Source of the DNA: Neolecta irregularis DAH-3
Lineage: Eukaryota
Reading direction: 5' to 3'
Assembly (NCBI GenBank): GCA_001929475.1
Contig: LXFE01004415.1
Span: forward strand, 1 to 37,882
Length of the DNA: 37,882 nt
The notes under the pieces are model-generated. The model was not told the DNA's origin. It saw only the letters and a list, made by a program, of their open reading frames with translations, and made no database searches. The position numbers and the translations under genes are program-made. Below, piece after piece: positions 25,704 through 37,807 of the stretch (positions within the stretch are counted from its first letter, which is position 1; each line of letters opens with the position of its first letter).

Positions 25704-28352
25704 ATGTCCAGGTTCTTCAAGGGCAGCGACAGCGACAGCAGCAGTAGTGATTCATCAGACGACGAGATCTACTCTGATAATGAGCGGGCGATATCGGAAG
25801 AAGAGTCTTCCAGTGAAGACGAATCTAGTCTAGAGTCTGGTGGTGAATCAGATGCTCCGAAAAAGAAGTCCGCAAACCGCTTTTTGCGAGGCGGTGAGAG
25901 TGACGAGAGCGACTCGGATGATGCGAAGCGTATCGTAAAAAGCGCAAAGGACAAACGGATGGGCGAAGTTGAAGCATGCATAAAGGTGATTGAAAATGCG
26001 GAGAAAATCAATGATTGGAGTGCTATTTCCGTCGGTATAGTCGTCTTTCCTTTGAGTAGCCTAAGACCACAGAATTCGATAAATTGAATAAAGTTGTTCA
26101 AAAAGTCAGCCAGTCTGGAAAAACACCTCGCATTTATATTAAAGCAGTCGCCGATCTTGAGGAGTTCATGAATGAGACGCTTCAGAAAGAGAAGGACGCA
26201 AAAAAGAAGTTGAACGCCACGAATGCAAGAGCTTTAAACCAAATAAAACAGAGAATTCGAAAGAACAATCGAGCCTATGATCAAGAAATCCTAAAGTATC
26301 GTGCTGATCCCGAAGCTTTCGAAGAAGAGGAGGAAGTTTATGAAGAGGTTAAAAGGCCAAAATCGAAACCAGGCGAGGATGAAATTATTGTCGATGGTGT
26401 TTCGAGACGTGGAATTCTTGCGGATGGTGATGATGAAGGGTTTGCTACTGTTGGGAGAGGCGGGAAGGCGGTGCTTTACACACCTGAAGGAATCTTCAAG
26501 CATTTAACTGCCATTTTTGAAGCTCGAGGAAAGAAAAATACCGACCGCTCAGAGCAAATCAAGGTTCTTGAGAAACTTCGCGATGTTGCCCATACTTCTC
26601 TGCAGAAAATTGCTGTTCTTTTAGCCCTTATCTCTGCTCGGTTCGATTTAAGTGCCGGTACCGCTGTATATATGACGGTAGAGCATTGGAAAGCGTATGA
26701 CCTTTTGCGAAATTTGTGCGCTAATTGCAGTGCTGAAACCGAAATCAATATTTTGATCGATGTTCTCGAAACAGACCGTTCATTTGTCATTGTTGATGAT
26801 GGTATGGAAATCAACGAAGACGAATTGCCCCAGCCTGGGGAGGACGGTATCACTAGAGTACGCGGAAATGTCATGTCTTTTGTCGATAGGCTTGATGACG
26901 AACTTACTCGGTCATTACAAAACATCGATCCGCATACTTCGGAATATATTGATCGACTGAAGAATGAAACTAGTCTCTACAATCTCCTTCTTGGGTGTCA
27001 AATTCTTTTCGAACGGATAGATCCAGGCGAAAGTCTTAATCGAGTTGTTTCCCGCAGATTAGAGCGGTTATATTTCAAGGAAAGTGAAGACCTCGCATCT
27101 CTTATTAATAGCTACAGCCGGAACAAGTTATCACAACTCTCGAGCAAACGACTTGGTCATCTTTACCTTCGCACATGGATAGTTTTTTAACTCCACGAAG
27201 TCTGAGTATCAAATCCTCAGAACTCATCCATATTCTCTGCGTCCATCTTTACAAGAAGGGCACTGGTTTATCCCGCACCCGAGCAATGCTCTGTCACATT
27301 TACCACCATGCTCTACACAATCGTTATCACAAAGCAAGAGATATGCTACTTATGTCACATTTGCAAGAATCCGTTCATCTTGCCGAAGTTAATACTCAAA
27401 CTCTGCACAATCGAACCATGGTCCAGTTGGGGCTTTGTGCATTCAGACTCGGAATGGTATCAGAATCACATTCATGTCTCCAGGAAATTTGTGCCGCCGG
27501 CAAGCTGAAGGAGTTACTGGCCCAAGTATCTGCTTCCTAGCATCTCATTTAACAGTTCAGGGCATTCAGTCGCAGCGATACTCACAAACAACCCCTGAAC
27601 AAGAAAGGCTTGAACGACAACGACAGTTGCCTTTCCACATGCATATCAATCTCGAACTGATTGAATGTGTATACCTAACCTGTTCTATGCTTCTAGAGAT
27701 TCCAAATATGGCAGCTGCTGGAACTTTGCCCGAATTCAAAAAGAAGGTCATCAGCAAACCTTTCCGCAGAATGCTCGATTATCATGAACGTCAAGTCTTT
27801 GTTGGGCCTCCTGAAAACATGCGAGACCATATAATGCAGGCATCTAAAGCATTTTCAAACGGAGATTGGGTTAAGACGAAGGATTTGATTCGGTCCGTTC
27901 GGATATGGGATATTATGCCTCAAAGCGAGAGCATAAAAGAAATGTTGACACAGAGGATCCAAGAAGAAGGACTGCGTACTTATTTGTTCTCGTATTGTCC
28001 GTTCTACGATACGCTTTCCATCAGCGCTGTTGCCGGTATGTTTGACTTGCCCGAGGATAAAGCAATGGCTATTATGTCGAGAATGATAATGAATGAAGAG
28101 ATTCCTGCGTCGCTAGACAATATTGACAAGACGGTTATCTTTCATCGTATAGAAATCAGCAGATTACAAACCCTCGCTCTAACTTTGACTGAGAAAACCA
28201 CGGGACTAGCTGATGCCAATCAAAAGTTAGTCGAAGCCAAAGCCCAAGGCCAAGGAGAAGGACAACGAAGACCACTTCGACACGATAAGGATAAGCCTGC
28301 TCGAGGACGAAAAGTTGAGTTTAGAAACGCCGGGCGTGCTGTTCGAACATAG
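25704..28352 (+). CDS. NIP1: Translation initiation factor eIF3 subunit c (Nip1)
   Basis: MSRFF plus acidic/Ser tract, [57 protein letters not shown] and PCI region. Introns include 26695-26730 (in frame) and 27080-27117 (GA-AG). Confidence 0.97.
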
Positions 28353-28701
28353 ACATTCCATTTTTCTTTCTACATGTGTGCGTCTCATTCAAGGCAAGGT
28401 TGTGGTGTGTAAATACAAGATATGTGTTTAGACCATGTATCGCCGAATATCATTACATTGTCTCAAGTATTGCCTATCACGGGTTGAATTGTGTAGCAGT
28501 TCATAGAAATGACTTCACGCTGGAGTTGAATGCGGGGATTTCCCGTGACACGTATATATCAAATCTGCTATTTCACGTTCCAGCCCATACTAGGCTCTGC
28601 TCATTTTACTTTGTCCTTTCGGCAAGTTGACTTTTTTAAAAACGAGCTGCGAGTGAAAATCTCGCTTTTACAGGTCTGCTGACCGGCAGCCGTTGATAAT
28701 A

Positions 28702-30105
28702 ATGACATCTTCGTCATCATCCGTTCTCAATGACTTTCCCACAGAGATCTTGCTACGAATTTTCGAACACATTGAACCCAGAACACGGTCGCAACACCTC
28801 GAAGATTACTGGCCTTCTTATCTTGACCTCGACGAACCGCTCGATCATTCGCATCTCTCGACCGCTCTTTCAAGGATCCTGACATTGAGTGCTGTGTGCA
28901 AATTCTGGCGTGCGATAGTATCCAGTTGTGGCTTTTGGAATGTATTTGATTGGACAAAGACTATTCAATGGCATCAGCCGGTATCACAGCTCCGCGACTT
29001 TCATCGTCATATTGCGGATGAATTACCCCGAATCGCAAATGTTCGCGAAGTTATGATTAATCTCAAACTTTTACGGTTTCCCGATTACATCGAAACGCTT
29101 GGTCGTATCCTGCGGACGGGAAATGTTGAGGTTATCTGGGTCAAATTTAGAAATAACCCTGATTTCCACTATATCAACGACAGCAATTCAAGTAAAGGTA
29201 TTGATGCACTCATTTCCAAGGAATTTCGATCCATGCATCGCTACCTAAGAAAATTGAGAGTCTTGAAAGTACGCGATTGTCCACTAGATCCAAAAAACTG
29301 GAACAGATTGTTCAAAATCATTCCGGACAGTGCAATTAGAAGAATCACAGAACTTGACATTGCTTGCAAAATGTCCGACTCAACGCTAAACTACACTCTT
29401 CGAGAATTCTCGAAAAGAATGCGACGGTCTGATGCAAAAATATTATGCTTGTCTGAAGCAACTCAAAATGTTCATACTTTTTGGGCTTCTCCGTTATCTT
29501 CATTAACATCTTTTCTTGGTTGCTTCGGTCGTCTTGTTTCGTTAGAAATTGATTACACTACAATTGCACGAGCGTATAAGGATGAAGCTACTGATAAAGT
29601 AAAGAAGGCATGTATCGTCGAATTTCCTCATCTTTCGCGCGAACATCAATACTGTATGAACATCCTTCTCTCTACGGTTTTGAGGAATACGATATTGGAG
29701 TCTCTTAAAGTTTTATGTCTGGACTGGTTTGATGGTGAAGCTCTTGTTGTATTCAAGGAGAAAACTGGATTAAAATCCTTGGAAGTTGGATTCTACGATC
29801 AAATGGTGTTTTCAAGGTTGCGGGACGATAACCCGAATCTAACAACTCGAACGGAACAACTCGACTGGATAACTGCACAAAATGAAGCTCTGCTTGCAAA
29901 GGATATACATGTTCAATGGCAAGGTATTCGGGAGCTTTGTACGCGACTAACCCCGTTCTTTCATCATGCAGCAATCCATTTACACGACGAAGATGATTTT
30001 GACGATTTCGCCCCGATAGTTTTACCAGATTTTTTCATCGAGCCGGTCGTTCTTCCGGACCCATTAGGTCTCCTCGAAGATGAGGAGTTGCAAGAATTTT
30101 GGTGA
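28702..30105 (+). CDS. Intronless F-box protein with LRR-like C-terminal region
   Basis: LNDFPTEILLRIFEHI...LSAVCKFWRAIV F-box with an insertion, repeated LxxLxL segments and an acidic tail. Single uninterrupted ORF. Confidence 0.8.
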   Translation: MTSSSSSVLNDFPTEILLRIFEHIEPRTRSQHLEDYWPSYLDLDEPLDHSHLSTALSRILTLSAVCKFWRAIVSSCGFWNVFDWTKTIQWHQPVSQLRDFHRHIADELPRIANVREVMINLKLLRFPDYIETLGRILRTGNVEVIWVKFRNNPDFHYINDSNSSKGIDALISKEFRSMHRYLRKLRVLKVRDCPLDPKNWNRLFKIIPDSAIRRITELDIACKMSDSTLNYTLREFSKRMRRSDAKILCLSEATQNVHTFWASPLSSLTSFLGCFGRLVSLEIDYTTIARAYKDEATDKVKKACIVEFPHLSREHQYCMNILLSTVLRNTILESLKVLCLDWFDGEALVVFKEKTGLKSLEVGFYDQMVFSRLRDDNPNLTTRTEQLDWITAQNEALLAKDIHVQWQGIRELCTRLTPFFHHAAIHLHDEDDFDDFAPIVLPDFFIEPVVLPDPLGLLEDEELQEFW

Positions 30106-30233
30106 CCTTCATACTTTATTTAGTAAAATGTTTTGTATACTCGTTGTGCGAACTAGGGAATTCGCATGTACATATAATTTAGAGGAAATAGAATACTGCA
30201 TGGCTCATAAAAAGTCCAAATTAAATTGATAAG

Positions 30234-31607
30234 CTAATCCCCACCGAGGCGTTCTCTGAATGATCTTTTATTGTGCATAATTGTCAGAAGCCTCCTCAGG
30301 AAAGGCGTATAATCATGTTTCTTACGAATAGCGTATTCCTGACGTCAGTAACGAAATTTGCATAAAAGATACCGAGAAACGAACAAGTCGATCTTTCTCC
30401 TGCTGAATCTTTGCTCTCGTCTTGCCCACTTGCGTTTTCTTCGGCTGATATTGAGAAAGCAATTCCTCGATTTCCGGGCTCAACAGTTCAATTTTAATCG
30501 GCGGGATATCGCTGAGTTCTGAACGGCTGTTTAGAACAATTCGCCATTCCGGGTGTAACTCGTCGAGTTTCTTCTCAATCGCCTGAATTTCCTCGAGGGC
30601 AAGAAATTCCTCTTTTTGCCAATTTGGTGTGCAAAGCTCGTCAACTGCCAAAAGGTTGAAGCGGATTTCATCCGCTTGGTAGCTATGCATTTAACCCCTA
30701 TCACAGATAATGATATTACGCTTCCATGCGTTGCTGGATACGGGGTGCTGCGTGAGATACCCAGTTGTCTTCGGTGCAGGCGCCTAATCATGAATAATTG
30801 TTAGCAATAGAGACATACAGATACGAGTCGGATTTTTCTTCAGTCCATCCAACTCCCAGAGAGCGTCATTTTTATGAATGTATGCGATAAAATGGAAATC
30901 CTCGGAAAGTTCATCTACATCGGTCAATCGTTTTGTTGATGCTTCCATCAATGCGATATCTTGCGCCATCATCTCGGTTTTTCTTACTAATTAGCAGCGC
31001 CAAGAAAGGATTTCTAACCGACCATACTGGTTGTGTATGGATCGAAGGAAATCAAAGTTTTTGATTGTATAACCACGTTCCTATCATTCAGCCTCGTTAA
31101 ACGCGAGAAGTGCAACTGTTGGAGGTAAGGGAAATGTAAATTGCTGAAAGGATCTGAGATGCTCGCCAATATCCAACTGCGGACAATTGAGCACAATATT
31201 GAGAATCGCCAAGCTGGCACAGGCATTGTCGACTACCTTTACAATGAGCAGTGTTTGCCATTGGAGTGTACCTGATTTGCAAACCAGACATTCTCCGGAC
31301 AGCTGACTTCTACTTCCTCTTCTTCTCTCTCAGCCTTCCATCGAAAGAGGAAGATCAAGCCATATATTTTCCTTCGGTTCTTAGCTTGTGTATAGAAGAC
31401 TAGAATTCAAACCCCAAATCACGCATTGAATCCTCATCAATCGAGTATAGTTCTTGGACTTGCGCATCCTTTACCCCCAATGTGCACATAATGTCGTGAA
31501 ATATTGCCTAGAGTATCTAGTCGGGCATGAAGGAGATATACGGGCTCGCTCTCGAGGGTGCAGAAGCCTTTCCATTGCCGGCGTTCTTCTTCTGTATCAT
31601 AGACCAT
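30234..31607 (-). CDS. Second UCH37/BAP1-like ubiquitin C-terminal hydrolase
   Basis: [57 protein letters not shown], a coiled-coil-like region and RKKHDYTPFL. Eight GT-AG introns. Confidence 0.88.
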
Positions 31608-31836
31608 TCGTAATGTTCTTTTCCCAACTTTATTTCGACAGACAGGTGTCACAATAATTCCTAAAAGCGAACACAGCGCCACAAACTTATAAAGCTTTGA
31701 AACCGCCAATGGATACAGTAGGTTTATAAAAGAATATTCTTGGATAGAAAGGTCACATACGACGTGCTTTTGCTATGTATTGCTCTCTTTTCTGGCGGTA
31801 AGGCGTCACAACCTGATTTTCTAACCTTTCGCCCCG

Positions 31837-34800
31837 ATGGATGATCTTCAAACAGATCTGGGTGTCAGTCTTGTTGACCAAGACCAGTTTGAACGAGATG
31901 TGGCTGCAACGGTATTTACCTGAATCTCTAAACTTTGATTAAGTAGATCAAGGCCGACAAAGCTATTAATGAACGCGAAGTAGAGTTGGACAAGAAACGT
32001 CTGGAAAAGACTGAAAAAGACAAGGCGTAGGTCCCCATCTTACTATTGTACAAACGTATAGGAAAGCAAAGAGTCAAATACGCCTTCTAGAGGCTCGTCT
32101 GGAACATCCAAATACAAAAATTAGTACCAAGCAGTCCATCCGCGAACAGATCCGCGAACAAGCAAGTCACTTGGAGAAATATACTTACTAGAAGGAATCT
32201 CTTGTGAGTCAGCTTGAAAGAGATATTTTGGAAATTAACAGCCGTCTTGAAGAACGTCGGGAAGAAATTACCGAAAAGTCTACCTCGGCTACCGGTTCGT
32301 TTCAATGAAACGATTCGTTTTTGACATGTAGATCGTATTTCCAATGAAACAGAAAGAGAGTATCTTATAAGAACCGGGAAAATCACTCCTTTTGCAAATA
32401 TAAACGGGCTCGAGCGGGCATCTCATCATGAGAATGGTGATGGACGAGAACCTGGTGATGAGGAGCAAGTGATGTCTCATCGGGATTTACGAGAACCAGG
32501 ATTTGAGATTGAAACAACTTGTAAACGGTCTCGTCTGTCCAAAGGTCACAAGAACTCGGACGAAGAAGGTACATATCGTGATGAAGAGATTTTAGAATCG
32601 GAGTCTTCTGGTGATGATGATGACTCCTCGACAATTGGGGACTCGAGAAAACGACGACGAAAGGCGCGCAAGGGTATGCAGATTGTCACTGGAATCGATG
32701 ATGGAGATGAGAAACTATATCCCAGACGTATTTCTTTGTGGTGCGAAAGACGGAGTCGTGCACGAGAGAAATCTCAAATAGCCGTTCCGGATACTTTGGA
32801 TGACTCTCTACTCGAGGAAGAGTTCTACAAACCGCATCCTACTGAGCCTGATACAATTTACGATGGCGGATACGCAATTCCTGGCGATGTTTATCTTGGC
32901 CTATTCGATTATCAGAAAACATGTGTTCAATGGCTCTGGGAGTTGCATTGTCAGGGAACTGGAGGTATTATTGGCGATGAGATGGGCCTTGGAAAAACTA
33001 TTCAGATCATTGCGTTTCTAGCAGGACTGCATCACTCGAAAAAGTTGACAAAACCTGTTATCGTAGTATGTCCAGCGACAGTTATGAAGCAATGGGTGAA
33101 TGAATTTCATAAATGGTGGCCACCTTTACGGGTTGTAATTCTACATTCTAGTGGAAGCGGGATGGTAAATATCAGCAAAGAAGAAATGCTTGAGAAAGAG
33201 TTGATTAGTGTTGTTCAAGGCCAAGGCAAGAAAGCCATTCCAAAGAATGCCTCTTTTGCCGAGAATATCGTAAACAGGGTAGTTCAAGATGGTTCGTGAC
33301 ACTAAGGAAGTACTCACGTTTAGGGCATATATTGATTACCACGTTTACCGGGACAAGGATATATCGAGATCAATTGCTTAATGTCGAATGGGGCTACTGT
33401 ATTCTCGACGAAGGACACAAAATCCGCAATCCCGATTCCGAAATCTCACTAGCATGTAAACAAATAAAAACCGTCCATCGAATAATCCTCTCAGGAACTC
33501 CGATGCAAAATAATCTAGTTGAATTGTGGAGTCTTTTCGATTTTGTATATCCAGGTCGTCTGGGAACATTACCTGTTTTCCAACAACATTTTGCCGTTCC
33601 TATTAATATTGGCGGATATGCGAACGCGACAAATGTTCAGGTTCAGACGGCATATAAATGTGCTTGCGTCCTGCGAGATTTGATTAGTCCTTACCTCCTT
33701 CGAAGAATGAAAGTAGACGTTGCAGCGGATCTTCCAAAGAAAAGTGAACAAGTTCTTTTCTGTAAACTCAGTAAAGTGCAACGAGCAGCTTATGAAGAAT
33801 TCATTGGTTCAAAGGATATGGAATCGATTTATAATGGTAAACGTCAAGTCTTGTATGGAGTGGATATCCTCCGAAAGATATGTAATCATCCCGATTTACC
33901 TGCGAGAGACACCCTTTTAAAGAAGGCGGATTACGACTATGGGATGGGTGAAAAATCTGGGAAAATGCAAGTTGTCAAAGCTCTTCTTGAATTATGGAAA
34001 AAAGGGGGCCATCGTACGTTATTATTTACTCAGACACGACAGATGTTGGATATTCTTGAGAAATTTGCAAAACGGCTTGGTTCGTACGAGTATCGGCGAA
34101 TGGATGGGAGTACGCCAATTGGACTTCGACAATCGCTTGTTGATGAGTTTAATGAAAACACCGAGATTCATTTATTCCTGTTGACGACTCGAGTTGGTGG
34201 ATTGGGTATTAATCTTACTGGAGCAGATAGAGTGATTATTTACGATCCCGATTGGAATCCATCTACCGATGTTCAAGCTAGAGAACGAGCATGGAGACTG
34301 GGTCAAAAGAAGGATGTGACGATATACCGACTCTTGACTGTTGGAACGATAGAAGAAAAGATTTATCATCGACAGATATTCAAACAATTTCTCACAAACA
34401 AGATTCTTAAAGACCCTAAACAGCGACGATTTTTCAAAACGAATGATTTACACGACCTTTTTTCTCTTACTGGGGCAAATTCCAACTCTACGGAAACAGG
34501 AGACTTGTTTCACGGAAGTGAAATTTCGTATGGAAGCAACGACCGCCGTGTAAAGAAGCACAATCTTGGAAAAAACGACGATAATCCATCGGTATTAACG
34601 ACCATTGGTGGGGTAGCTGGAATAGAAGAATTCCAAACACAAGACTCTGAATTGCAAAACAACGACGAAAACAACGACGACGATACCCGGATTCTCGCAA
34701 ATTTGTTTGAAAGTGCAGGAGTTCACAGTGCACTTGAGCATGATTCAATAATGAATGCAAGTCGTCAAGAAACAGTACTAGTTGCCAAAGAAGCAAGCAG

Positions 34801-35191
34801 GGTAGCCAAACAAGCCGTTGAAGCCCTCTTAAAATCTCGAAGAGAAGCGCAAAAAGTTAAAATTGGAACGCCTACTTGGACAGGTCGCTTTGGAAGATAT
34901 ACATTTGATCAACAAACATCGTCGTCGTCATTGAATAACTTGTCTTCATCTATTTTGCTTGCGAATATGAAAGCGCGTCAAGATGCCACGCCCGGATCTG
35001 GAATATATTTAATTGATCGATTACGAGATTTTTTAAGTAATAAGGGTGGACGAGTGCGTACGTTTGATCTAGTCAAGCATTTTAGCGCGAGTGTAGTTGG
35101 AGCTCAACAAGTTTCTACATTCAAGATGATGATAAAAGAAATTGCAACACTTGAAGGTGGATTCTGGGTTTTAAAAAAGGAGTTTGAATAG
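31837..35191 (+). CDS. RAD26: Transcription-coupled repair SNF2 ATPase Rad26/Rhp26 (CSB/ERCC6)
   Basis: [61 protein letters not shown] and GTPTWTG. Five introns, one with a GC donor at 32162. Confidence 0.96.
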
Positions 35192-35336
35192 TATTTTCTT
35201 TTTGGGGGGTAATTGTATATAAGGGATACCAAATAGCCGATGTTAAAAATAGCATACCGCGCGTGAAACCGCGGAGACTAGTGCCAACACTCTAAACTCT
35301 AGCTTCTCCTTTCAACAAGATATTCTGTTGTGGTAT

Positions 35337-36239
35337 ATGTGGCTCTATTATCATTATTTTGTAACATGTCTATTGATGGTTATTGCTGCTACTGGTAAGG
35401 TTGATGGAAAATTAAACTGACTAGAGATTCTTTGTCAGCCAATGATGCAGGGACGATAACGAAGACCTCTACGGCGTCTATTAATTCTGGATCGGCTAGT
35501 GATTCAGCGACGATAACAAGTGCGGCATCGTCGCCAACGGGTACAGGATCGATCTCTAACAAGCATGGAGGGGCGAGCAATACCCATTCTTCGGCAGTCC
35601 CATCGATTTCAATAGATCCAAGAAGTCCAGCTGGTGCAGTTGTTATTGTTACACCTGCAGTGGCATCTGGAGTGTCATATTATCGGATCGGACAACAAAT
35701 TACTTTTGCATGGAATTATACGAATTTAATAGTGACGCCCACTCAAATCGTTGTTCAAGCTTACTGTTCAATGAACAAGTATGTTGCTTAATTTAACGGT
35801 TAGACTAAGTACTAGAGCACAATATACGATAGCAGCTAATATGAGTGCTGCGAAAACGACTGTAGTTTGGGATACCAGTGCTTACCAAGCGAATGCGACT
35901 GTTCCATTGTTGACGTATATACTAGTTACTTTATGGACTAATTATGGGCAAGGGCTTCATATACGCTTATGATTTACGATGCGGTGTCGGGGAGCACGGC
36001 TGCTCCGAAACCTGGGTATCTTGCGGCATTTAGTGGCTTATCATTTGGGATGTACTCATCGCAGCCGTATGCGCCGCTTGATCGTAGGTAAAATGTATAG
36101 ACTGGGGCTTACTGGGTTAGAATTTACTTGTGCGACATGTAATGTGAAAGGTTTGGCGTCGGCAAAGTATCTGGGATTATGGTTTATTGCGATTGGGGTT
36201 ATTTTTGCTAGTAGTTTTATGAATTTTTTGTCTGTTTGA
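35337..36239 (+). CDS. Conserved fungal secretory-pathway membrane protein of unknown function
   Basis: Signal peptide, Ser/Thr-rich stretch, IDPRSPAG, YYRIGQQITFAWNYT, FGMYSSQPY...FTCATC and a C-terminal hydrophobic segment. Four introns. Confidence 0.8.
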
Positions 36240-36672
36240 ATGAGTTGGATATGGTTGGGGTATTGCTGGTGGTATGTAGTAGAAAATCTTTCAACGAGAT
36301 TGAACCTAATGGGTGTGCAGAGAGACGGACACTCACGCTCACATCATACGCAAACACAGAATGGAGAGGACGAATGGGATGCCCGAATAGAGAGGAGTGG
36401 CTGTGCACCGCAACATTTGAAGCTACAAGAGTGTTTTTCGGCAAGCGGCGACTGGCGGCAATGCAGAGCCGAGGTTGTCTAGACTTTTCAGGTGCTAATT
36501 TGAGATGCAGCAGTTCCGCGAGTGTTTTGCGGCTGTGAAAAAGCAGGAGGATCAGTAGTTGAGAATAGTATACAATACACTGAATATTATAGATCAGATA
36601 CAAAAATATGCCGAACAATAGTACGGTAGTATGTATAACAGTGGGTGGTGTGAATTTTCTGCAGTCACCACC

Positions 36673-37539
36673 ATGACTGCTATTTTTGCCCGCCCATTTT
36701 GCCGGCTTACTATTCCCACTGTGCGCGCATTTAGCCGAGCGTTGCCTCGACGGGCGGCCTATGATTCCGGAGATTATGCAGATTACGAATCTGGTAGCAG
36801 CTCGACTGGCAGTAGCTCGACAACTGCACCTGCTTCTGCGACCACGCGACTCAACGACGCTCCTCTTGTTCTGCAGGAAGGCGATCCTACCAAGGTTGAT
36901 TGGGCTAGATCGTTCCATGGGCTATCTACTGAAGCGTTTCCGGAAGACGCCGTCCGGACTCTGACTGCTCCGATCGACATTGACGATATTGAAATAAAGC
37001 CAGGTGCGACTTGTGCTTTTGCCCCCATTAACGGGTGTTTAGACGGCGTTGTATATTTGCCTGAAATCAAGTATCGGCGTATACTGAACAAGGCGTTTAG
37101 TCCTGGAGGGTGGGGCCTTGCGCCTCGAGGCGAGACAAGCGTTACGGGGAAGCAGGTGTCGCGAGAATACGCACTGGTGTGCAATGGGCGGTAATGAGCC
37201 CATAGCGAGGCAAGTCATTAAGAAGCCAGGCTTGTTAGTGTTGCGCGTGGCGAGCAAGACTACTTTGACACGAACGGGATAGCGACCGCTACGGAGGGGT
37301 GCAAGAGCAATGCGCTGATGCGGTGCTGCAAGGATCTGGGCATTGCGTCGGAGCTGTGGTACGGCCGCAACAGGCTGCGGGGCTGACTAATCGCCAGGGA
37401 CCCGCGCTTTGTGCGCAAGTTCAAGAAGGAGCACTGTGCCGAGCAGTTTGCAGAACACGTGGTGAGCAAGAAGAAGCGCAAGCTGTGGCGCCGCAGGGAA
37501 GACCAGTTTGAGTATCCGTACAAGGCTGCGACGTTCTAG
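36673..37539 (+). CDS. MGM101: Mitochondrial genome maintenance protein Mgm101
   Basis: Arg-rich presequence, [69 protein letters not shown] and EYPY. Three introns. Confidence 0.96.
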
Positions 37540-37545
37540 CGGGGG

Positions 37546-37770
37546 TGAATAGGGGAAGAGTAGCGAGCGGGAGAGTAGGGGAAGAGTAGCGGGAGAGTAG
37601 CCGGAGANNNNNNNNNNTGAATAGGGGAAGAGTAGCGAGCGGGAGAGTAGGGGAAGAGTAGCGGGAGAGTAGCCGGAGAATAGCCGGAGAGGATACAGGA
37701 GAGAATAGCCGGAGAGGATACATGAGAGGATACAGGAGGAGAGAATAGCCGGAGAGGATACAGCCGGACA
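37546..37770. repeat. Purine-rich degenerate tandem repeat spanning a 10-N gap
   Basis: Units such as GGAGAGTAG, GGAGAATAGCC and GAGGATACA. A 62-bp block (37546-37607) recurs at 37618-37679 across Ns at 37608-37617. Confidence 0.9.
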
Positions 37771-37807
37771 GAGTTAGATAAGATATTGCTGCAATCAGAT
37801 TACAAGC

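Noticed and set aside
27061-27190. Programmed frameshift or recoding to explain the eIF3c frame change
   Set aside because: A typical-length segment with a branch-like motif and CAG acceptor restores the conserved junction exactly, so splicing is the simpler explanation.
36217-36918. 233-aa minus-strand ORF
   Set aside because: It overlaps MGM101 antisense and has no recognisable motifs; likely a shadow ORF.
37546-37679. 62-bp direct duplication
   Set aside because: The copies abut a 10-N gap and are most simply an unmerged contig overlap.
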